A stretch of 64,000 nucleotides of DNA from contig OZ219856.1 of assembly GCA_964291395.2 (NCBI GenBank), forward strand, positions 1,728,001-1,792,000. The letters are read 5' to 3'. Positions within the stretch are counted from its first letter, which is position 1; the number at the start of each line of letters is the position of its first letter. The notes beneath the pieces were generated by a model that was not told the origin of the DNA, searched no databases, and saw nothing but the letters and a program-made list of their open reading frames with translations. A program made the translations under genes and the position numbers. The stretch comes from Alphaproteobacteria bacterium. Its GTDB lineage: Bacteria > Pseudomonadota > Alphaproteobacteria > UBA2966. Shown here piece after piece: positions 55,591 through 64,000 of the stretch.

Positions 55591-56758
55591 TCGACGAACG
55601 AGCACCGGTAACCGCATCGAGCACCGCTTTCGCCGCGCGCTCACTGGGAGCCGGTGTTCCGGAACCGAGCGCCTCGACGGCCTCGGCAAGCCCTATCCGC
55701 TGCCGTGAACGAGCGGCCTCATCGCCGATGAGACGGTCGAGTTCCTCGGCCAGCCGGTCGGGACGGCAATCCTCCTGCAGGCATTCGGGCACGAACTCCC
55801 GGTCCACAAGGAGGTTGACCATCGCGACGTTGTCTACCGTGATCAACCGCCGCGCCAGAAAGGCCGTGATCGCGCTGACCTTGTAGGCAACCACCATCGG
55901 CACGCCCGCGAGCGCCAGTTCAAGGGTGGACGTTCCGGACTTCGAGATCGCGGCATCGCTTCCCGCAAATGCATCCGCTTTCTCTTCGGCGTCACCAATC
56001 ACGATCGTAGGCAAACCCCAGTTCCGTGTCACGTCCCTGACGACATCGGCCGTGGTGACAACGGTCGGAACGACCGCCGTCAGGTCGGAATAAGAGTCCT
56101 GTAGCCGCTTCATGGCCGCCCCGAACGTCGGCAGCAATCTCCGTACCTCCGTCGCCCGGCTGCCAGGCATGGTCACGACGACGGGACTTTGGTCGCCGAT
56201 ACCATGGCGCCTGCGAAACGCCGCCCCGTCGCCCCTATCCAATCCGGACTCCACAATCGGATGTCCGACGAAAGTACAATCGACATTAAACTGCGCGAAG
56301 AACTCGGGCTCGAATGGCAAGAGAGCCAGCACATGGTCCACTTGCGATGCGAGTTTTCCGCCCCGTTCGGGATGCCAAGCCCAGAGTTGAGGTGCCACAT
56401 ACTGGATCGTCGGGATGCCGAGACGGCGGACCCGCTCTGCCACGCGGAGAGAGAAGCCCGGCGAATCAATGGTGACGACGACGGACGGCCGAAGACGCGC
56501 AACGGCGGCGACGGTCTCTCGCAGCCGACCGATCAACCGCGGCAGATGGGGAACGATCTCCGCCAGTCCCATAAGCGCGAGATCACGCATCGGAAACAAG
56601 CTGTCGAGCCCCTGCTCGATCATGGTGGGGCCGCCGACCCCGGAAAAGCGAATATTGTTGCCGGTTTGCCGCTTGAGGGCCGCCATCAGCCGGGCGCCGA
56701 GATTGTCTCCTGACGCTTCTCCGGCGAGAACAAAAACGTGTGGAGAAGGCTTCGCCAA
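55583..56758 (-). CDS. lpxB: Lipid-A-disaccharide synthase
   Basis: AGEASGD, IDSPGF, YVAPQLWAW, FVGHP, PGSR..E, SGTSTLE. Confidence 0.96.
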   Translation of the reverse strand: MAKPSPHVFVLAGEASGDNLGARLMAALKRQTGNNIRFSGVGGPTMIEQGLDSLFPMRDLALMGLAEIVPHLPRLIGRLRETVAAVARLRPSVVVTIDSPGFSLRVAERVRRLGIPTIQYVAPQLWAWHPERGGKLASQVDHVLALLPFEPEFFAQFNVDCTFVGHPIVESGLDRGDGAAFRRRHGIGDQSPVVVTMPGSRATEVRRLLPTFGAAMKRLQDSYSDLTAVVPTVVTTADVVRDVTRNWGLPTIVIGDAEEKADAFAGSDAAISKSGTSTLELALAGVPMVVAYKVSAITAFLARRLITVDNVAMVNLLVDREFVPECLQEDCRPDRLAEELDRLIGDEAARSRQRIGLAEAVEALGSGTPAPSERAAKAVLDAVTGARSSNE

Positions 56759-56766
56759 CTCTCCGA

Positions 56767-57762
56767 TCAGCCGTCGACCTCTACCACGACGCGGCCCGTC
56801 ATCTTCGATTCGATGAGACTGTCGAACACGGTGGGGAGATCGTCAAAAGGTGTCATCCGGGCAACGTTCTGCAACTGCGCGGGTTTCAGATCCGTCGCGA
56901 GGCGATCCCAGATGTGGCGACGCAAGGGCATGTCCATGGCGCTTGAAATATTGATGCCGAGATAATCCACCGCCCGCAGGATGAACGGCATCACGGTTAC
57001 AGGAACATGAGTGCATTCGGCCAATCCGCACAACGCAACGGCAGAATGCGGCTGCATGGCCTTGGTCAGCCACAAGAGGGTCGCGCCGCCAAGATTATCG
57101 ACCGCGCCCGCCCAAAGCGTGTCTCCGAGAAAGCGTCGCTGTCTGGGCAACTCCGAGCGCAACAGGATGTCCGAGGCACCAAGGCCTTTGAGATATGCCA
57201 ATTGGTCGGCCTTGCCGGTGATCGCCGTAACCTGATAGCCGAGCCCGGCCAGGATATCGATAGCGAAGCTTCCCACCCCGCCGGTAGCTCCGGTCACGGC
57301 GACCGGGCCGTTGCCAGGGGCCATTCCATTCTGCTCCAGACGTTCGACCGCGAGCGCGGCGCAGAGGCCGGCGCTGCCGAGGATCATGGCTTCACGCAAG
57401 TCGAGACCGTCCGGCAACGGAACGATCCAATCAGCCGGCACCCGAACGATCTCCGAATATCCGCCGTCGTGATCCACACCGAGTGCGTAATTAGTTACAA
57501 TAACGGGATCGCCGGGACCGAAGCGTTCATCCCCGGAACTCTCCACGACGCCCGACATATCGACCCCACCCACGCACGGCGGATGGGGCCTGATATTACG
57601 GCCCAAACCGTGGGCGGCCATCGCGTCCTTGTAGTTGACGCTCGAGTATGCGGTGCGAATTACAACATCGCCCTCGTCGATGTCCTCAAGGCTCAGTTGC
57701 TCGAAGCGCTGGATAACGGCAGACCCTTCCGTATATGTACGTAGTGCCTTGAAGGAATCCAC
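56767..57762 (-). CDS. YhdH/AcuI-family (acryloyl-CoA reductase-like) quinone oxidoreductase
   Basis: YSSVNYKD, VTGATGGVGS, WAGAVD, PFILR, GRVVV. GTG start approximate. Confidence 0.88.
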   Translation of the reverse strand: MDSFKALRTYTEGSAVIQRFEQLSLEDIDEGDVVIRTAYSSVNYKDAMAAHGLGRNIRPHPPCVGGVDMSGVVESSGDERFGPGDPVIVTNYALGVDHDGGYSEIVRVPADWIVPLPDGLDLREAMILGSAGLCAALAVERLEQNGMAPGNGPVAVTGATGGVGSFAIDILAGLGYQVTAITGKADQLAYLKGLGASDILLRSELPRQRRFLGDTLWAGAVDNLGGATLLWLTKAMQPHSAVALCGLAECTHVPVTVMPFILRAVDYLGINISSAMDMPLRRHIWDRLATDLKPAQLQNVARMTPFDDLPTVFDSLIESKMTGRVVVEVDG

Positions 57763-57787
57763 GTCGGAGCCGTTTTCAGTAGCGATT

Positions 57788-59029
57788 CTATTCGGCCGCT
57801 GCGGCGGCCGGGAGTTGGTCCGCACAATAGATGATCCCGTCCGCCTCCAGTCGGGAGAGTTCAGCGTCATCGAGATCGCACAACTCTCGGAGCACCGCCC
57901 GCGTGTCCTGTCCCGGCCTGCGTCCCGCCCAGCGCACGTCGCCCGGCGTAGCGGAAAGCTTGGGCACGACACCTGCGAGCGTGACATCGCCAAGTTCGGC
58001 ACTCGGAACATGAACCAACATGTCGCGGGCCGCGAAGTGCGGGTCCTCATACACCTCGGCCATCGTGTAAATACGTGCCGAGGGCACCCCGGCTTCGTTG
58101 AGACGGTCCTCTATCTCTTTCGAATCGATAGCGGCAGCCCACGTGCTGATGATCCCGTCAAGCTCGTCCACGTGCTGCCAGCGGACAGCATGCGTGGCAA
58201 ATCGTTCGTCCTTCGCGAGCTCGGGCTGACCCATGACCTCGGCCATTCTCTTGAAGATTCGATCATTGCCCGCCGTGACTTGGACGTACAATCCGTCCTT
58301 ACCGCGGTAGAGATTGTTTGGGGCATTGCCCGGAAGGCGCGGGCCAGCACGCATTCCGGCTTCCCCCGTCTTTTCGTACTGCGGCACGAACGGTTCCGTG
58401 ACGCTGAACGCGCTTTCGTAAAGCGCGGTATCGACGCATTGTCCTTCACCGGTCTTTTCACGATGTGCCAATGCGGCCAGAGCTCCGTAGGCGCCGAACA
58501 GGCCGCCGATGTAATCAGTGAGTGGGATGGCGACCCGGGACGGAGGCCTGTCGGGATCGCCGGTAATGTGACGCAGGCCGCTGACCGCTTCGGCGACGAT
58601 GCCGTAGCCAGCGCGCCCGCTGTACGGACCGGTCTGACCGAACCCGCTAACGCGGATCATGATGATTCCGGGATTGATATCACGGAGACCTTCATAGCCG
58701 AGTTCCCAACGCTCCAATGTCCCCGGACGGAAGTTCTCGATCACGAAGTCGCATTTGGGGATCATGCACCTGACCAAGTCCTGACCGGCAACTTCTCTCA
58801 GATTCAAGGAGATGTTGCGCTTGTTGCGCATGATGCTAGCGCTGTAGAGCGATTTCCCCTCGAAGCGGCGGCCGTAATCACGAATTGGATCGCCCTCGAC
58901 CTGCTCCACCTTGAGAACCTCCGCGCCGAAATCGGCGAGCAGTCGCCCGACGAAGGGACCCGCCGCCATGCTCCCGAGCTCCAAAACGCGATAGCCGACG
59001 AGAGGTCCTTGAGCAGTTTCTTCAGGCAT
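57788..59029 (-). CDS. CaiB/BaiF class III CoA-transferase
   Basis: AGPF.GRLLADFGAEV.KVE, RNKR, ENFRPG, SGFGQTGPY. Confidence 0.93.
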   Translation of the reverse strand: MPEETAQGPLVGYRVLELGSMAAGPFVGRLLADFGAEVLKVEQVEGDPIRDYGRRFEGKSLYSASIMRNKRNISLNLREVAGQDLVRCMIPKCDFVIENFRPGTLERWELGYEGLRDINPGIIMIRVSGFGQTGPYSGRAGYGIVAEAVSGLRHITGDPDRPPSRVAIPLTDYIGGLFGAYGALAALAHREKTGEGQCVDTALYESAFSVTEPFVPQYEKTGEAGMRAGPRLPGNAPNNLYRGKDGLYVQVTAGNDRIFKRMAEVMGQPELAKDERFATHAVRWQHVDELDGIISTWAAAIDSKEIEDRLNEAGVPSARIYTMAEVYEDPHFAARDMLVHVPSAELGDVTLAGVVPKLSATPGDVRWAGRRPGQDTRAVLRELCDLDDAELSRLEADGIIYCADQLPAAAAAE

Positions 59030-59118
59030 CGTCTCCAAATCCAATGGCTTGCAAGGTGGATGCTTACATCTTTGACAAATAACGCGGTATCCGCGCGTGG
59101 GCATTATTGCTGATCTGC

Positions 59119-59874
59119 TCAGTCCTCCATGAGGAAGCGCAACACAATCTGATTGAAGATCCCAGGTACCTCCGCGTGCGCTGCGTGGGCACTGTTCGGC
59201 AGGATGCAGAGTTGAGCATTCGGGATGTTCTCCCACAGCTCGATGGAGTGACGCGGGTGGGTCGTCCGATCCATGTCACCGCAGATGATCAACGTCTTGG
59301 CCTGTACCTCGCCCAAACGCTCGCGGACGTCGAAGCCTGCCATCGCGCGCACCAGTCGCTTCGCGCCTTCCTGATTGGAGTTCACGCCGCAACTCCTCAT
59401 GAACTCGTAGAGCGGGTGCCGGGCGCCGGCATTGGTCCACGTCGTGGCGATGCGAGCCGCCGTGGGCACGATGCCGTCCGTGTCGATCCGTCGGATCGAC
59501 TCCTCGTATGACTCGTAGCGCTCCGGAAGATCCGCCGGACAGCCGCCGTAAAGAACCAGCTTTTCGACACGTTCGGGAAAATCCATGGCGAGATGAAGCG
59601 CGGTCTCCGAACCCAAGGAATGGCCAAGGATGGAGAACCGGTCGACATCCAGCTCGGTGAGGGTTTCCACCAGCATCTTCGCGAGTTCGCCGACGTCGTC
59701 GGGGGCCGGAATGTCGGCGCTTCCACCCAAACCGGGAAGATCCGGGGCGATCACGTCGAAATTCGGAGCAAGTTGCGCGCTGAGAGGCGCGAAGATCTCC
59801 CCACTTCCGACAAAACCGTGTTGCAGAACGACAGTCTTGCCCGAGCCGAAGCGCCGGTAATGCAGCATGGACAT
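59119..59874 (-). CDS. Alpha/beta hydrolase
   Basis: HGF, DLPG.G.S, GHSLG nucleophile elbow, C-terminal His. Confidence 0.9.
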   Translation of the reverse strand: MSMLHYRRFGSGKTVVLQHGFVGSGEIFAPLSAQLAPNFDVIAPDLPGLGGSADIPAPDDVGELAKMLVETLTELDVDRFSILGHSLGSETALHLAMDFPERVEKLVLYGGCPADLPERYESYEESIRRIDTDGIVPTAARIATTWTNAGARHPLYEFMRSCGVNSNQEGAKRLVRAMAGFDVRERLGEVQAKTLIICGDMDRTTHPRHSIELWENIPNAQLCILPNSAHAAHAEVPGIFNQIVLRFLMED

Positions 59875-59963
59875 GCCTCTCCCCACCAGATCGTAAAACC
59901 AGCAACCGCCCCAGTCATGCCATGAAGCGATGAGGGGCGCCCCGGGGGCGCCTGATTCCCAAC

Positions 59964-60365
59964 CTACTCCGCGGCTTCTTGCCGGGCAGCAGCGAGTCTC
60001 GGTTCGCCCGTATAGACCTTGGAAATGATCCGCCAGCGCCCGTCCAGCTTCAGCAGGTTCAAGAAATCGGTATAGAGCTGATCACCGAGTGCAATCTGCA
60101 CCTTGGCGATGGCAGCCTCGGGGCCGGACTGGTCGATCGACAATATCCTGTCGAACCGCTCGAAACCGCGGGACGCCGACGATTGCCGGCTTCGGACACC
60201 TTCGTAGACCTGTTCCATATCGCGATCGGTGAGCGGACCTTCCGTCGCAGCGTAAAGATGAGCGCTCGGATGAAATATCTTCTCCAACGTCTCGACATCA
60301 CCTTCGTAGAAGCCAGAGAAGTAATTCTCCAAGGCTTCGGCGATTTCCGCATAAGCTGAACTCAT
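59964..60365 (-). CDS. NTF2-like (putative lumazine-binding) protein
   Basis: YF.G.YEGD..L...FHP.A and YTDFL.LLK.DGRW.I.SK. Confidence 0.85.
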   Translation of the reverse strand: MSSAYAEIAEALENYFSGFYEGDVETLEKIFHPSAHLYAATEGPLTDRDMEQVYEGVRSRQSSASRGFERFDRILSIDQSGPEAAIAKVQIALGDQLYTDFLNLLKLDGRWRIISKVYTGEPRLAAARQEAAE

Positions 60366-60676
60366 CCTTCGTCCTCCCCATGATGGGCTGGTTCGTTTCC
60401 CAAACAGAGCGTAGGGGAAGCGCGGTGATTTTTGAAGTACGTCCGGCGGTCCCGGTTACCACGACAGGACTCGCGCAGCACGTTTCGCCACACTCTCTTC
60501 ACCTTCGACTTCGCGGGAACAAGTGTCCATCACGCATCGAAGTAACTCTGAGCCGAAAACGCCGCGCGCGGGCCCAACAAGTAATCACGACGGCGACCAA
60601 CCCCGTTTCGGAAGCAGACCCGCTGATGGCTAGGAGATTGTCCGGCAGCCTCGCATCCGCGGCCCTCCGCGCCGTC

Positions 60677-60877
60677 CTAGAGACCGTAGATCCGACGAAG
60701 CGCGGTTACCTCCTCCCGCATGACATGGTACGTGCGCGCAATATCGGCATCACTCTCGCCGCCCATCACATGGGATTCCATGACGATTTCATTGATAGGC
60801 CAGTGATAACCGTCTTCGTGAACCTTATTATTCACCGTCGACACCGGGGAAGGCTTGACCTTCTGTAACTGAGTCAT
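60677..60877 (-). CDS. Small hypothetical protein with an HTH-like C-terminus
   Basis: 66 aa, AGGGAA RBS, AT-rich upstream region; SDADIARTYHVMREEVTALRRIYGL resembles a helix-turn-helix. Confidence 0.6.
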   Translation of the reverse strand: MTQLQKVKPSPVSTVNNKVHEDGYHWPINEIVMESHVMGGESDADIARTYHVMREEVTALRRIYGL

Positions 60878-60942
60878 GAAAGCAGTTCCCTATAAAACCA
60901 AGTGTTCGGTTTCCCAAATACGATCAACGTCTTACGGGCGGT

Positions 60943-60959
60943 GTTAATAAATGGTTATC
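60943..60959. promoter_or_regulatory. CtrA-box-like site
   Basis: GTTAA-TAAATGG-TTATC; the reverse strand reads ATAA-CCATTTA-TTAAC, one mismatch from TTAA-N7-TTAAC. About 65 bp upstream of the 66-aa gene. Confidence 0.55.
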
Positions 60960-61042
60960 AAAACTGTAACAAGAACTTTTTATTACGGTTTTCGCAAAAA
61001 ATTGCGACGAGTGTCACAAACGAGGTGAAGGTCGACTCCACG

Positions 61043-61918
61043 TCAGAGATGCGAGTCGAACCAAGCAACCGTTTCAGTACACGCCTGATCGAACGGTTCG
61101 CCAGAGTAAATCTCGAAGTGTCCGCATTCCGGAATCATCACGAGCTTCTTAGGATCTCCGGCGAGTTCGTAGAGCGACCGGCTCTCTTCGGGCGGCGTCA
61201 CGCCGTCTTTCTCCGTCGCGATCAGCAACAGCGGCCGTGGTGCGATCTTGTCGACAACCCACTCAGGGTGGAACGCCATGGTCTCGTCGATGAATTCAAG
61301 GGGCACCGGTGCCGGCACGACGGCGCTGCCCGCGCGGGCGGTGGCCCAGAGCTCTTTCTCACGCGCGCTCATATAAAGAACTGTCGGAGGCGGCGCCGCC
61401 TCGGATTCACCCGTTTGCACACGGGCGAGGCGATCTTTGGCGGCGCGCTCGCGCAGCGCGGCGACTTCCTCCTCGGACCGCACGCCCTCCATCCAACGCC
61501 GTCCATTGCCGATCGTCACGACGACGGCGACGCAGCGAATGCGCGGATCCGTCGCTGCAAGCCAGATCGCCGTGGCGCCCCCGTAGCTCCAGCCGAGCAC
61601 GCCAACCCGCTCCGCATCAACGTCGTCGCGCTCACTGAGCATGGTTGCCGCCGCAAACGAGTCCCATACACGTCCGTATGGATCCAGGCGGTTTGCGGGG
61701 CCATCGCTTCCACCCCACCCCTTGTAGTCGAACGCGATGCAGACATATCCCGCATCGGCCAGTCGGGCAGCGAAGTCCGGCGCGTAGACTTCTTTCACGC
61801 CGGTGTACCCTCCACACAGGACGACACCGGGACGCAGGCCGTCATATGGATCATCTGGTACATAGATGTCGCCGGCGAGTTTCATCCCCTCACTGTAGAA
61901 CGCGACCGATTCCTTCAT
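61043..61918 (-). CDS. Alpha/beta hydrolase (dienelactone hydrolase/CocE-like)
   Basis: F.SEG.KLAG, FDYKGWGGS, GWSYGG, IAPRPLL, GHFEIY. Confidence 0.88.
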   Translation of the reverse strand: MKESVAFYSEGMKLAGDIYVPDDPYDGLRPGVVLCGGYTGVKEVYAPDFAARLADAGYVCIAFDYKGWGGSDGPANRLDPYGRVWDSFAAATMLSERDDVDAERVGVLGWSYGGATAIWLAATDPRIRCVAVVVTIGNGRRWMEGVRSEEEVAALRERAAKDRLARVQTGESEAAPPPTVLYMSAREKELWATARAGSAVVPAPVPLEFIDETMAFHPEWVVDKIAPRPLLLIATEKDGVTPPEESRSLYELAGDPKKLVMIPECGHFEIYSGEPFDQACTETVAWFDSHL

Positions 61919-61989
61919 GACTCTCCCAATTCCACCTCTCCGAAGCCATGGCCCGACAACCCGGCAGGGTGCGGACAAACGTAACTCGG

Positions 61990-62181
61990 CAAGATAGCGG
62001 AAGTTCGCTTCAGGCGCAGGAAACCCTCTGTACAACGCGTGCCGCCACCTTGCTCCTCATGGGTTGCCCGTTCCGAAAGCACCATCGAGGCCCCCTGTTC
62101 GCGGGCCGATACCGCCGCCGACAGTCCCGCGACCCCACAACCGACCACAACGACATCAAATTCGTTCCCGTGGTTCGCCAT
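61990..62181 (-). pseudogene. N-terminal fragment of an FAD-dependent dehydrogenase (TcuA/FAD_binding_2-like)
   Basis: FDVVVVGCGVAGLSAAVSAREQGA...ER...GGGTRCTEGFLR is the Rossmann start of a large flavoprotein. Similarity ends after about 58 aa and the ORF stops at 61915. Confidence 0.7.
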
Positions 62182-62246
62182 CGTCGCTATCCAAAATGGA
62201 GAGTTGATGTACCTGGGCTCAGTCTATGGCAGTTTCGGAATCAGTG

Positions 62247-63170
62247 TCAGATCTCACGTTTGTCGTTTGTCGTCGTTTGTCCGCCCGGCACCGATTCCCC
62301 AACCGTCTTGGAGGCTGCGATGCGGCCCGTCGGTACCAGTACGATCACGCCCAAACCGGATATGACCAGGATTCCCCCCAGCAAGAGCCGCCACGTGATG
62401 ACGTCGCCCAGCAGGACCACCCCGCCCAGCACGGCGAAGACGGGTGTCAACAGCATGAGCGGCGCGACCATGCTGACGGGATAACGCTGCACGAGGTAAT
62501 AGCGTCCCGCCTGGGCCAGAACGGCACCGAACAAACCGGCGAATACTACCGACAGCACCGCCGGCCAAGTCGGGTTGAGAAGCGCGTCGATCTGACCCTC
62601 CTCCGTCGCCATGGTGAGGAGGAACATCGGTACGACGCCATAGAGACACACCCAGAATTGTAGCGACAGCACCGAGATCCCTGCGGTGCGCCGCGCCTGC
62701 ACCACGCACAAACCGCCGGCGAACGCCGCCGCGATGGCCAGAAAAAACGCATCGAGGTGATGAAACACGTTGGGCTCGAAGCCGATCACGATGACGCCGG
62801 AGAACGACACGGCCATGCCGATCCAGCGTCGCGCACCCACCGCTTCCCGGTAGACCACAGCCGCGATGATGGTGGCGAAGGCGACGTAAAGCTGATGCAC
62901 CAAAGCCATGGATGAAGCGTCCCCGGATTTGGACAGTGACGAGAACATCAAGATGTATTGCGCGGTCATGCTGACGGCGATGCCGATCACAGGCCGGCGG
63001 CGACCCTCGGGCACCCACCACCAGGCGGCGAGGCACACTCCGACCAGCATATAGCGAACTGCCCCAAAGAGAACTGGAGGGAAGTGAGCGACACCGATCT
63101 TCACGATGGCATAGGTGATGCCGGCAGAAAACGCGACCAGGACCGCGAGCAGGAGGTGGTGGAATCTCAT
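62247..63170 (-). CDS. DMT/EamA family transporter
   Basis: About 10 TM helices, FPP...A.RY, LTPVFAV..GVVLLGD. Confidence 0.88.
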   Translation of the reverse strand: MRFHHLLLAVLVAFSAGITYAIVKIGVAHFPPVLFGAVRYMLVGVCLAAWWWVPEGRRRPVIGIAVSMTAQYILMFSSLSKSGDASSMALVHQLYVAFATIIAAVVYREAVGARRWIGMAVSFSGVIVIGFEPNVFHHLDAFFLAIAAAFAGGLCVVQARRTAGISVLSLQFWVCLYGVVPMFLLTMATEEGQIDALLNPTWPAVLSVVFAGLFGAVLAQAGRYYLVQRYPVSMVAPLMLLTPVFAVLGGVVLLGDVITWRLLLGGILVISGLGVIVLVPTGRIAASKTVGESVPGGQTTTNDKREI

Positions 63171-63324
63171 TGGTGGCCCGCGCCCTGCCCCTTTCCCAAA
63201 GCAAGAGAGAACCTTCGGATCACGTTCGCTTCATGGACCCCCCTTCCATCGGAAGAGGGTGGGGAGAGGTGCCGCCCCGAGCCGAACGGGTGAAGAATGG
63301 TCGGGACGTGGATCGGAACCCCGT

Positions 63325-64000
63325 CTACAGGCGCGCCAACGCGGCGGCGAGCCGCAACTCAGCGGATTCCGCATCGCGCTTCCGCTCGTGCTGTTCCTCG
63401 ACCACGTGTTCGGGTGCCTTCGCCAGAAATCCCCTGTTGCTAAGTTTCATGTCGAGCTTGGCGATCTCCCCACGCGCCTTGTCGAGCTCCCGGGACAAGC
63501 GTTCCCTTTCCCGAGCGATATCGATGATTTCCGAGAGCGGCAGCACGATGGTGGCATCGTCCAAAACGATCTGCACCGCGCCGGTCGGAACTTCCCGATC
63601 GCCCTCCAGAATCCTCTCAAGTCTCGCGAGACGAATGATCGCTTCCGCGTGATCTTGAAGGCGCCGCAGGTTCTCTTCCCCAGCCCCGTTCAGCCACAGC
63701 CCGATTTGCGCCTTCGCCGGCACGTTCATTTCCGCACGTACGGCGCGAACCTCGCTGATCAGACGAATGACCCAATCCATCTCGGCATCCGCCGAGAGAT
63801 CGACGAGGTCTTCTGAAAGTTCCGGCCAAGCGGATTCGATGAGCATGGCCTCACGCTTACCCGTTTGCTGCCACAGCTCCTCGGTCACGAAGGGCATGAA
63901 CGGATGGAGCAACTGCAGGATACGGTCCAGAGCCCACCCCGCCACGACGCGCGTCTCCGCCTTCGCTTCTGCGGTCCCGTTTTGCAGCTCGGACTTGATG
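63325..64000 (-). CDS. valS: Valine-tRNA ligase, C-terminal part (runs off the window end)
   Basis: LLHPFMPFVTEELW, IR..RAEMN, KLSN.GF.AKAP.HVV coiled-coil tail. Confidence 0.96.
   Translation of the reverse strand, partial: IKSELQNGTAEAKAETRVVAGWALDRILQLLHPFMPFVTEELWQQTGKREAMLIESAWPELSEDLVDLSADAEMDWVIRLISEVRAVRAEMNVPAKAQIGLWLNGAGEENLRRLQDHAEAIIRLARLERILEGDREVPTGAVQIVLDDATIVLPLSEIIDIARERERLSRELDKARGEIAKLDMKLSNRGFLAKAPEHVVEEQHERKRDAESAELRLAAALARL

Noticed and set aside
56767-59029. DMSP lyase dddD-acuI module
   Set aside because: The CoA-transferase is a single domain of about 410 aa, whereas DddD is a tandem double-domain protein; no other ddd or dmd genes are present.
60380-60676. Possible sRNA or ORF in the 300-bp gap
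   Set aside because: No recognisable RNA motif, strong terminator or credible coding signal by eye; an Rfam or RNA-seq check would be needed.

Overview
GC-rich alphaproteobacterial chromosome segment; the gene order and proteins look Rhodospirillales-like. Most of it is the conserved housekeeping backbone: gyrA(partial)-ssb-uvrA ... trmFO-phytoene-synthase-like-Mth938-secF-secD-yajC-DUF815 ATPase-nlpD-pcm-surE-serS-tatCBA-ABC ATPase-scpBA-M50 protease-nagZ-SPOR-argS-dgt-erpA-xth-ilvD ... lpxB ... valS(partial). Accessory genes are inserted between backbone genes. The main unusual elements are: (1) a rearranged squalene islet (hpnC convergent on hpnD-hpnE-TPR protein, ispH, a decayed LolA-like gene and an outer-membrane barrel gene) with no cyclase in the window; (2) a GcvT + archaeal-type SHMT fusion protein; (3) an unannotated 30-aa membrane peptide in frame with a PuuD-family gene behind NrdR-box-like sites; (4) a dispersed palindromic MITE-like repeat with at least 3 copies; (5) a small HTH-like protein under a CtrA-box-like site; (6) several orphan catabolic enzymes; (7) two probable single-base homopolymer frameshifts (secF and a Moco-carrier-like gene). 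I saw no rRNA, tRNA, CRISPR array, transposase or prophage. All calls come from reading motifs by eye; no database searches were run.
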